This document shows, piece after piece, positions 13,513 through 24,193 of a stretch of DNA of 64,000 nucleotides (its first letter is position 1; every line of letters begins with the position of its first letter). Made by a program: the position numbers and the translations under genes. Origin of the DNA: Lingula anatina (taxonomy: Eukaryota > Animalia > Brachiopoda). The stretch lies in the NCBI GenBank assembly GCA_051362555.1, contig CM120646.1, positions 2,232,001 through 2,296,000 of the forward strand, given 5' to 3'. The notes below the pieces were generated by a model. The model did not search any database and was not told the DNA's origin. It was given only the letters and a program-made list of their open reading frames with translations.

Positions 13513-15942
13513 GACTCCCTGGGAGAAAGTTTTATCTTGGGATTGGGTGCGTAGCAGAAAGAGAGAAAGAGCCAAAAAAAAAAATATTCAATTATATTAT
13601 AATATGAAAAATTATGAAATTTAATGTTAATTTTCTGTGTGTGTGTGTCACATTTGTAGGTTGTCAGTGCAGCATCAGAATACTTCATTACAAATTATTG
13701 GTCATAGAATGAAGTGATTATTCTTATTAGATATAAAAGAAGACAGTAGAATAGAATATATAGAAATAGAATGATACAGTTCTCACTGTTCTGTGTTTAG
13801 TGCTACACCCTATACTTATATCTGGCTGCATGTGGCCTCTGTCTCCTCTTGTATAGCATGTTAGAGAGCAGTTAGTCATGTCGCCTGTCTGAGCCGTCTG
13901 AAGTGTTAAAAGGCGCATTCACACAGGCTCCCAATTTGGAGCTATACTATTTGGGTCTCCCTTCTTTCCTATGGTGACATCCTTATTTCCTGAGCTCAAG
14001 GCTCAAAGCAATGAGTCAGTTCTGTGATCAATTCCCTTGGATGAAGGGTTAAAAGATAATCAAATTAAATGTTTCAAAGGTTTCAAAAAGATGTTTTATC
14101 TCTTAAAATAGAACTCTCTAAAATACAACTTCAAAAAGTCAAAATTCTTTTCATGATGCTAAGCAAATGCCATGGAATGCCCTTAGAACATTCTATTTTC
14201 TTTATACAAGATACATCAGAAGACCTATTTTACTGATTTTGTCTCTTATTCTGTGAACACATTACAGTCACAAACTTGCTTGTATGCTGGTAACAGATTC
14301 TTCCTTTAATGTGATGTGTTATGTGATGTGTGATATTTATAATTAAGATGTACATTTCAGGTTCTACAAAATTTGGGCAAGGCAGACAAGACCACAGACG
14401 ACTTACTGGACGGCCATGTGGAGAGGTTTGCTCGCCAGCAGGTAAATACAAGATGATACGTTTTATTAGAGTCAGTTAATTAATAAGAACAGGTAATTAA
14501 TAGATAAAGGAATGAATTGGGTGCAGTGGGTAGTGCCAGTGACAAGGAAAACTGACTTGAATGTTGTCCTTTCATTTTGTATTGTTAGGTACAGGAATGT
14601 GTGAAGTCTTTTACAAATTCCATTATCAGAAGGAATTGTATCATGATCAAATTTGTATTAGTCTATTATGGGAGTTTTAAAAAACAATTTTCTAATAACT
14701 TGTGCATTTTTTCTTAAAACTTTTAGTCAAAATTAGTTTTTTTTCTGGATCTTTAGAAAAAAGGGTAAACTCAGATATTGTTGTTGTTGTTTTTTTTTTT
14801 GGCAGTATCAAGGGTGGCTTTCAATGGACCATTACTGAATGACACAGTTTTATACCCCACACCATGCTCAGTGCCATGTAACAAGGAGGCTCAATATTTC
14901 CATTTAATCTTCCTCTTCCACTATCACCCTTTCATGTTGACATATTATATCAAGTGTCCACCCTTTTCCTTCCTTTTATATGTAATCTATTATGGTAATT
15001 ACTTGGAATTTTTAAGCACTTTATTTTTTTCAAATGTTTTTTTTTTCAAGATGTATCATTTTCAGGCACTCATGGCCCTGTACTTTCTGACACAAAGTTA
15101 GCCAACTTATCAAAACTTTTGAGTCAGTTTAATGCGTAACTAACAAAACTATTTTATGGAGGAAGATTATTATTTCACATTTTTCAATATTGTTGAACAT
15201 TTACCATAGGGATGTAACTTCTCTTTGCTTGAATTTTGTTGACAGAGGCTGAAATATCACAATACTGGTAGTATCACATGAAGTAGTTTACTTTACTCAC
15301 GCTATATCGTGTTACACACCGACAAAGAGACATTTTTTATTGGTATTTTAAACTCAGGAATCCAGGATTTGATTTCTGTAGTGTAGTAAGAGATAGGTCC
15401 TGCTTTGTGTTCAGGTTCATGTTACAGTTGGGCATGTTCACAACCAGGTTAACTTAGGGTGAAAATGAGATTTATTGATATCAAGCTGTGACAAGGCTAC
15501 TATGTATCTTGATATACTGTAATTGGCCAATACATTTTAATGGCAATAATTAATCACTCTCCCCTAATATTTTTTGTCAGATAGTTTGTCGTTGTGAAAA
15601 TAAGTCAGTGTTCCAAAATTTTGGAAAGAAGTGGATTTTTTGAAAGTACATTTTTGTGAGTGTCATAAAAGAAACCTTGATGAAGGAAAATATTAAAAAA
15701 AGAGAAGACTGAGGTGTTGTAAATTTTTAGATAATTACCCTTATAAGTTATCATATTATAATGTTATGTTGTCAGTTGACATCACTTAGTCAGCATCTTG
15801 TTTGATTTAGACCTGATGTGAACACACCTTCCCTTCATTTGGAATATGCAATCCTCTGATAACATAAACTGTGTATCTTATGTAGATCTTGTTTAATGAA
15901 GTGCCAAATAAACTGTGGAATTGTGTGTCATATGATATGTGC

Positions 15943-16005
<63 letters not shown>

Positions 16006-19000
16006 CTACAAAAAAAAAAAAAAAGAAAGAAAAAAAGAAAGAAGAAAATCCTATCACCCTCCCCTCTGTTGGGAGGGATAGGATCCTCAATAAATAATAC
16101 ATTGTAAGACTGTAAGAAGAATTTGATTCTATCAGATTTTATCAGAAATGACTATAACGTCTTTTATGTTGATGTATTGATCTTGTGAAGAATTATATGT
16201 ATAGGCTGTGTGTTTATGTACCTATGTTTATATTGTAGGCTACTGCTGCCAAACTACAAAAGGAGTTACGGAACTACTTCCAAGCTGCTAGAGGTATGTC
16301 TTTTACTGATGTCTGCACAGCAAACTTTTGAAGGTTCCCTGGGTTGCCATAGCATGCATGTGGAAACATAATCACAAATGGGCACTTGTTTTATGTACTA
16401 GTACAAACTTTTAGCTTTGCATTATGATTTAAATTCCGTATTATGTGTTGTCAGACAACCAAGGTTATGGAATTGAAGCTTTTATATCTACTGTGTTATA
16501 AAGATGAAGCAAGTATTTCAATAAGTATAGAATATAGTTTTGTTTTTTAAAAAAAGTGAAGATTCAAATCACTTGTTAGTATACATACAGTAGTAGCTGG
16601 TCCATGTGGTATACAAAATGTGGCTCAGTGCTGACATCTGTTGGCTATATTTTGTGTATAGACCAGTATTTATACTGGCCTCACTTCTGGGGGGAGAATT
16701 TGATAACTGTGTATTTTTATTCTGTTGTAGTTTCATGCTTTATATCTCACACAATTTTACTTTATTCCCATTATATATTTTTAATATTCAAAGTGCTGAT
16801 GAAAGAAAGCAAACTTGTTTTAACATTAAAATGTTACTACTTCAAAATCCAATGTTGTAGAATATGTGGTGTGCTCTTCAAGATAATGTTGACGATTGGC
16901 AAAATTTTACATCCCATTTCCTTGTTCATTAAGAAGAAAAAAAATTTGAGACCTTTGTTTCAGTAAGCTTACAACAAGCATACAATCAAAAGCAAAAGTT
17001 GCAATTATCATGAAAAGTCTCTAATTTTACAGCTTAACTTAGACTGCTAAAATCCAATAGCTGACTACTGAAAACAGACTTTGCAGTATTGGTGAATTGA
17101 TTTAAAAACACCTCTTTTTCAGTTATGTCCATGGCCAGTGAAACCTTAAGCACAGTGCTTCTGGAAATTTACGAAGACGAATGGTCAAAGAAAAATGAGA
17201 TTAATGAATGTTATGTAGTAAGTGTTGGATAAAATAGATTTCTTTATTGCTCCTATGGTCATAAAATATGTATATTTTTTTGAATGTTGGAAAACATTGT
17301 TGAGACTCTTGTATCTATGGGAGATGTTACATTGGAGGAGGGAGGGGGGAGGCGGGGGGGGGGGGGAGATTAACGTCTAATCCCATAAGTACTAAATATG
17401 TTAAAAAATCAATAGAGCTCCATAAGTGAATTTAGTTTTAAGGTTTTCTCCACCTGTGTCCCTACATTGATTTGAAGCCCAAAACTGTCCTTAGACAGGA
17501 TGGTTTGGTTCTGAATCTGGACAAGAGTTGAGATCTTAGAGAAAGCTCAATAAGATAAAGTTTTTGTAGGGGCCTTAATCTGCTCAAAACATTCCCTGTT
17601 TGAAATCTTTGATTCAAAAGTAGAAATGTGATTTTTTTTTTGTAATTTTTTCCTTTTTTTCTCCCCAACTTGCAGAGCCTTCAGATTATGTGGAAGGACT
17701 ATGTAGAAAAACTAGAGCGTGAAGTGATCAACCCTCTCCAGTCTTATGTGGACAGGTTTCCTGAGATTAGAGTGAGTTAAACTCAGTGATTCCATTTTTT
17801 TTAATTGAACTTAAAAGAAAAAGTAAATGAAAATATGATTGTTTTGTTTTTAATACCTAAATTACTTAATTAAAGTACCTATAGGATTTTTCTCTCTGTC
17901 ACTTTTACAACGTTAGTGGTAAGATGCATGTCACAATCACATCTCAACTTTGCACATCATTACTTTTTTGTTTATTTGATGAAACTTGTCTTTTAGACCA
18001 AAATATCTAAACGAGGGAGGAAATTGGTGGACTTTGATGGAGCTAGACACAATTATCAGGCCTTAGAGCAGGCAAAGAAGAGGGATGAAACCAAGATATA
18101 TAAGGTGGAGTGTATTTTATTTTATTTTATTTTATTTTATTTTATTTTATTTTATTTTATTTTATGTTATTTTATTTTATTTTATTTTATTTTATTTTAT
18201 TTTATTTTATTATAATAAATTGTGCAAGAAATGTTTTTCAGCAGCAGTTCAGAGGGGCTGGCATATATAAAGCGAAGTTAAAATTATTATTCTAATTTTA
18301 TTGTGTGAGGTGAGAAATGCCCAGTGCTTTCATTGTTGATGTTCTCTTTCTCATGCACTTCAACTGACCTAAACTTGTGTTTTCAAGCAAATTATGATCC
18401 GTTTTCATTAGGCACGACAAGAGATGGAGGAGGCTCGCAGAATATACGAGGACTTGAATGTAGAGCTTCATGAAGAGTTGCCTTCTTTATATGATGGGTA
18501 TGGAATAGGGCTGTCTTGAATTGGCCTGTCTTGATCAGTTTGATGTTTTCTGGGTAGATTTTTTAAAAAATGGCCAGTGTTTTTTTCCATATATAAAGTT
18601 TTGATAATATGAAAGATATTTAATTGTTAGAAGTTATCCCTCATGTAATCTGATGTGCAGCATTTTTTTTCTGTTGGGAGGGGGGGGGTTATATTAAAAA
18701 GCTACCAAGCGAACAGCAATATCATGACATTTACGTACCTCTTCAAGAAATTTAGTAATTGTTCATTGTGTTTATATTTCATACTTTGTATATGTTTTCA
18801 TTTTCATTCTCCCCTGCCGTGTCCAGCCGTATTGATCAGTACTGTACCAATCTGCTGTCCTTGTCCAGTGCTGAAGCAATATTTCACAGGGAATGTGCAA
18901 AGGTAATGGGTCAGGTGTGCAGGAGTGATAGGTAATGGTTATGGGGAATACAAAATAAACCACTGAACTTGCAGAATTTACCAAAAATGGAAATAAGTAT

Positions 19001-22000
19001 AAGTGATTTTTAATTAAAGTACTACTGTGTTAAAGAAGTTGACAAGTTTTGTTTGTCTAAATGTTTACTTGACTAACTTAGTATTTAAGATTGTCTAAAA
19101 GATGATAGAATTAAAAAAAAAAAAAAAACAACAACAGAAGATGAGAAATAAATAAAAAATTTAGCTCTTTAAATTATCATGACCATGTTTTTTATTTGTT
19201 TTATTTTTATTTTCTGTATGTGATTTGTTTCATTGTGTCCCAGATTGAAGATGATATCAGTGAGCACATAGAACACTTAGCAAAAGAAAATACCAAGGGC
19301 AGTTTTAAAGTAGAGCGGAAAACCACAACAAAAAGACTTCATGGAAGGTAATAGATACAGAGTATTATAATTTTTTATTTAAACCAAATTTTCTTAGCCT
19401 CCCAATTAAATTGATATAATATTTAATATCTTATTAATTTCACTGGATATGATATGCAAAAAAGAAAAAAGTAATATGTCTCTCAGGGTTGTCTTGAGGG
19501 TATGTGACATCTATTGTCTAATTTCAGAGAATCCAGTAGATCTAGTGAAGATGCATCAAGTGAGGAAATGAGTCGGCCCAGGCCAGTTCAAAAAGAGCAG
19601 CGCCAAGAAAAAAGTCAGTCTCAGTTTCATGTAGAATTGAGTGGCGGAGACAGAGAGAGTAATAAATCTGTTGAGTCAGAAGGCAGTAGTAGTAGGCAAA
19701 ACCCAGGTGAAGTCGGGCCGCAGGAGTTAGCTGAACCTGATAGGCCACCCTCGCAAGCATCTGATAGATCAAGTAGGTGTAGTGTCTTGGTGTCCAGCGC
19801 CATCTATGCTGAATTTCAGTCCTGCTGGTTCATTTTCTGAATGTCACGTTATTCCATAAACAAAATTGGCAGCGCACAGATTCAGAGACGGAAGTGGCTG
19901 ATCTGAAGTCAGAATAGAGTCCCAGACTTGTGCCCATTTCTGTCATATCTTTACCTTATTGCTGTGAAAGGCATATTTTCAAAGAAACTACATTTTCTTA
20001 TTTATTTATGCTGTATACAGATCAAATTTAGTAGATTGGTGTGTGGAAACTGGGATAGCTCTTCATGTGTGGTTCTAAATAGGGATTGGTGGCTTGAAAA
20101 GACATTGTTTATGTGGTAATTCTCGGATGTGTGCTTTTTTTCCCTAGAATTTGATAGCACTTCTTACTCTTAACAGAGCACTGTTCATAAGATTATGGCT
20201 ATCTTCTGGTTTTGGGCCACTTTCTTGGGATATTAATTCATTTCTAATTTTCTTGATAAAGAAGCACAGTGACTGTAGAAGTTACTGTTAGGAAAGTGAA
20301 GGGTTACTGGCTTTTCTTGGCCAGTTAGGCCTTATTGCAGCCCATGATGCCACATCTACCTCTTATTGCAGAACCATATACCAATCTACAGAATCCATCT
20401 TCTTCCTTTTGACTTGTTATCATTGTATATTTTTGAATAAGTTACTTTTCTTGGTGCACCAAAATTATTGCTGTAAATACTACTATTATAGAGACATTTC
20501 CATTATGCTCATAGCTTATACATCTTTTCATCTTAGAGAACTGCAAATTGTTATCTGAGCTTACTTTCAAGCTAAATTCTTCAAATTTTCTCCTTATTAT
20601 CGTCTATTAGGCTTCATTCACATGCAATGTCTATTTTCTAAATTCTATTTTCTATTCGTGGTATGACTTATGATCACGGTCTGTGCCCTGAATATCCCGC
20701 GGCGTAATTACTGGCAGCGCGAGCCAGTTACTATAAGTTACTATAAGATACTGTCATTTTTTCCTTGGGCATAAGGCTGGGAAGTGAGAAATAAAAGAGA
20801 ACTAACACATCAAATTAGTGGTTTGCATGTTGCCACATGCATGCTGTGGAGGACCTGTCAGAAGGGATGATTTTTGGGTGCCTTTTCGATGGTGATTTTA
20901 TCGAAAAATAAAAGGAACAAAATGAGACTGAGGTTGCTTTGTTTTACAAACATGTACCTTGGGGGTTTTTGCTGGAGTTAAAAGTGCCTATTAAACTTTT
21001 GGAGACTATGTGTTCAGTTTGGTAAAAAGAAAATTGTACTGCTCAATGGAAAAAGAGTCCAATTTTGTATTTGATGATGTAAATCAGTCATTGTTTGGTT
21101 TTAGTAAAGCCAAATGTGAACATGACCTCAGTTTCGTTGCCATTTTCCAGAAACATCCCAATGAGTTTCAGAGGTTTCACTTGGAAATCACCTCTACGTT
21201 CTCAGCATGCTTCTGATATTTCCAGTAACTTCTGACCAAATACTGGACACAGCAGACTGGATTCATGCTGATATTGTAGAGGTCTCTTGTGGTCTCTGAA
21301 AGTCTTGGTGGGCATGACAGGCCCTTCAACTTATGTACTACACACACATACACACACAAAAAAAAATGTTCGGAAACAAAAATTTGTTTTTCAATAATTA
21401 TAAAACTACCTAATGTAGTGGGAAAATCTTCATTGTATATAAAAAGTGTAACAACAAAATCTGGGTGCATTATCAATCAATATTTCTTGAAAATAATTGC
21501 CTTGACTCATATACGTGGTCATTTTATAATTGTTCAAAAAAATGATGTTTCCCGACTTTTTTTTGGTGAAATATATATACTGTGCATCACTGTATGTTAG
21601 ACAACCTATATAAGAGTGTAGATAGTTAACAGTAGTCCTAGTGTTGGTCCAGCAGCATGTGGGTGTACTGTGGAGTATCATAGTATGGGGTAGGTACTGG
21701 CTTGGTGTGTGGTGGTAGCCTATTGTGCTGTGTTTGTAAACCGATTTCATGTCACTTCATGGCTTTGATAGGGTGTCAAAAAGCCCAAGATTGACAGATT
21801 TTACTTCCTCACTTTTTGATCAAAGAGGCTGGCCAAATTTGACAGGACATGTTTTATTAAGTTTATAGCAAAGAACTTGGTTAACTTAAAGTTACAAGTA
21901 AATATATATTTTTTTTCAAAAAATAATAAAAAATATAACTACTGCAATATTTCAATGTTTCACAAGACCCCATCATGGAATGAGGCTATATGTGTTGAAA

Positions 22001-24193
22001 ACTTATTTTTTCTTCCAGTATATAATACAACTGATGAAATTCTTTGTTTGTGAACTCAATTTTTATACTTCACAAAAATAATTGCCAGTTGCATTGGCAA
22101 ACCAGAATTGTTAGAAACTCAAAAAAATTGACACCAATGAAAGCGGTTTATAATGAGATATATGCAGTGCTGTTTATGTAGCCTTGTGAATTTAGCATGG
22201 TTGTTTGTGTTGCTTTAATTGTTTATTTGGAACCATGGGATTAAAATTTAGTAAATATCTTACACGATATGGCATACAGGAGGTACCTATAGTGGCTTGC
22301 TTTGTATGTTAGTAAATGTAGGACTCTTGCTTTATAGCTGCCAATATGTATTTCTGTCCTTATATTAAATAGACTTTGTTTTGTAATAAAATATATATTT
22401 TGTAATTGACATATTTGTAAATGTATGATAATTTGCTTTGATTCACCTTAAATTAGGTAATCCATATTATCCATTTATTTTCAAGCATGATGATATGAAA
22501 ATCAGCAATTAGAAAAAACTAAAATTTGAAATTCAGTTGTCATCTATCATCTATATTTATATATTGTGCATTTGTGTCACTGTTGCTGAAATGATGAAAT
22601 GTAGAAGTCAAATTGATGTCAAATTGTTTTTAAAACATGATGCTTATGCTGCAGAATAGCAGACCAAGGTAGAAAATATATTCAAAACATCAATATTAAG
22701 GAAAGGCATATTTATTTCAGGTACCTCAAAAGGATCTAAGCAGAGTGAGAGTAAAATGAATGGTCCCTCGTCAGAGAGAGAGGCAAGAGCTAACGGTCCC
22801 CGACAGAATGGCAGTGCGAACAGCACGATAGAGAGCGAATATGACACGGCGTATGAACCAACGTTACACTCTGATGAGACCTATGAACCAGTGAATGTTA
22901 ATCGCAAAGTGAGAATAACTTCAGCTTTTGTTGAGACAAACATTTTACAATATCAGCCTTGACTTGATCTCTGTGCTTTGAATTGACATTGAAATGTTAC
23001 GATAGAGTAAAGGGTTTTGGTGTAAGTCCGAGTCACTTTGGAGATGATTTCACATACTGTATAAATACAATGTTTCAATTCATATTTATATTTATATTTG
23101 GGTGCATGGTATGGTTGCCTCTTAGTGTTTCTCACTCAAAAGGAAATGGAAGATGTGACAAAATCATTATAAATGATTATTTATACTTTGTGTAATATAT
23201 TATTTGGAAATCAATAAAGAAAAACTATTACAATTTCTGTACTAGACTCAAACGGTTTTCAACTGTCTCTCTCTCCTCCAGGCACCACTGTTTGTTAATT
23301 GCCATATGCTAACATCACACATAAAAGTTTCTTTCATTTAACTTGGCTGTATATTTGACTTGATATTTCCAGTCACATGATGAAGATGATGACCAATACA
23401 TGGAATTAAGGGAGGAGCCGAGAGGGTTGTATGGCGTTGCTGCAGACGACCCGGAATGTTATCAAGTACCTCCGTCGAATTTGCCTCTCACAAAATTGCC
23501 TCCTGGTGTCTTGTATAGAGTAAGTTTAATAACACAGAAAACTATATAGACTTGTATAGAGTAAGTTGAACAATATAGAAAATTATATAGACTTGTATAG
23601 AGTTAGTTGAACAATATAGAAAACTGTAGTCTTGTATAGAGTTCTTTCTTTTGTGCTAAGGAAGTGGATATATTATGGCAATCGTGTTTTGATGAAAGAG
23701 TTTCATTCTTTATATCAGGGCTGCTGTGCAGTCACGGAAAAGAACAAAAAATGCTCTGTTGAAATATGCAAATAAATATGCACCTGTCATCAGTACAATA
23801 ATTGTTTGAATAAATTGTACTCATTTATGTGAATATAACACAGCAGTTCGGAGAGCCAATGGTTGTGAATCACATTTGACATTACCGTAATGACTCAATA
23901 TTTTCAATAGGGAAAAATTTGGAATTTTAAATGCTTGATAAGTCATTATGTTATTATATAATACAATTATAATAATATTTATTTATTTATAATATTTATT
24001 TTATCTCCAGGTTCAGGCTACTCACATTTACACGGGAGAGGATGTAGACGAGCTGACATTTGAAACGGGAGAAATAATCGATGTTGTTCCATTTGATGAT
24101 CCTGAAGACCAGGATGAGGGATGGCTCATGGGAATCAAACAGTCCGATAAAACAAAAGGCGTGTTTCCTGCTAATTTCACCAAACCCATTTAG
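7122..24193 (+). CDS. AMPH: amphiphysin / BIN1 family protein (N-BAR + SH3), about 510 aa
   Basis: Exons: 7122-7190, 14361-14441, 16239-16293, 17123-17217, 17676-17771, 17997-18104, 18412-18497, 18827-18902, 19244-19347, 19528-19772, 22721-22908, 23373-23519, 24011-24193. All GT-AG, total 1533 nt, frame continuous. N-BAR motifs: [67 protein letters not shown]. Amphiphysin-type SH3: [68 protein letters not shown]. Probably co-orthologous to AMPH and BIN1. Confidence 0.95.
8353..8519. mobile_element. non-autonomous DNA transposon (MITE) with 6-bp TSD
   Basis: Terminal inverted repeats taggggcggatccag ... ctaaatccgcccctg, flanked by direct repeat ctagtc (8347-8352 and 8520-8525); CpG-rich against a CpG-poor intron. 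Confidence 0.8.
10076..10177. repeat. compound simple repeat: C run, A run, (TA)n
   Basis: Directly visible; explains the spurious YIYIY/FFFF ORFs. Confidence 0.95.
10778..11034. mobile_element. PIF/Harbinger (Tourist-like) MITE, near-perfect 257-bp palindrome
   Basis: Arms ggcttcgttcacatgcaatgtctattttct...gcgagccagttac and gtaactggctcgc...agaaaatagacattgcatgcgaatgaagcc; 3-bp TSD TTA at 10775-10777 and 11035-11037. TTA/TAA TSDs are typical of PIF/Harbinger. Confidence 0.88.
12096..12222 (+). repeat. 68-bp tandem duplication
   Basis: acagtcatttgcatgtgtgttcttccaat.tcatgtctgc.aaaaattgaaatccggga at 12096 and 12164. Confidence 0.9.
13470..13512. repeat. (CT)n microsatellite
   Basis: Directly visible. 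Confidence 0.95.
15944..16044. repeat. (CA)n microsatellite plus A-rich tract
   Basis: Directly visible. Confidence 0.95.
18113..18211. repeat. (TTTTA)n pentanucleotide microsatellite
   Basis: Directly visible just after the amphiphysin exon 6 donor. Confidence 0.95.
20610..20747. mobile_element. half copy (single arm) of the 10778-11034 PIF/Harbinger MITE
   Basis: TTA then ggcttcattcacatgcaatgtctattttctaaattctattttc...gcgagccagttactataagttactataag, the reverse complement of the right arm and centre of the first copy; the second arm is absent. Confidence 0.88.
23510..23643 (+). repeat. ~41-bp tandem repeat built on the amphiphysin exon 12 splice donor
   Basis: Units starting cttgtatagagt at 23510, 23551, 23592 and 23631. 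Confidence 0.9.

Noticed and set aside
14518-14540. tRNA A-box-like gggtgcagtgggtag
   Set aside because: No B-box or cloverleaf follows; at most a SINE remnant.
9876-18295. Low-complexity ORFs (YIYIY, CVCVC, HTHTH, FYFIL, ERERE)
   Set aside because: Translations of microsatellites.
22488-22590. Possible intronic C/D snoRNA (ATGATGA ... CTGA)
   Set aside because: No terminal stem, very AT-rich interior and no recognisable rRNA antisense element.
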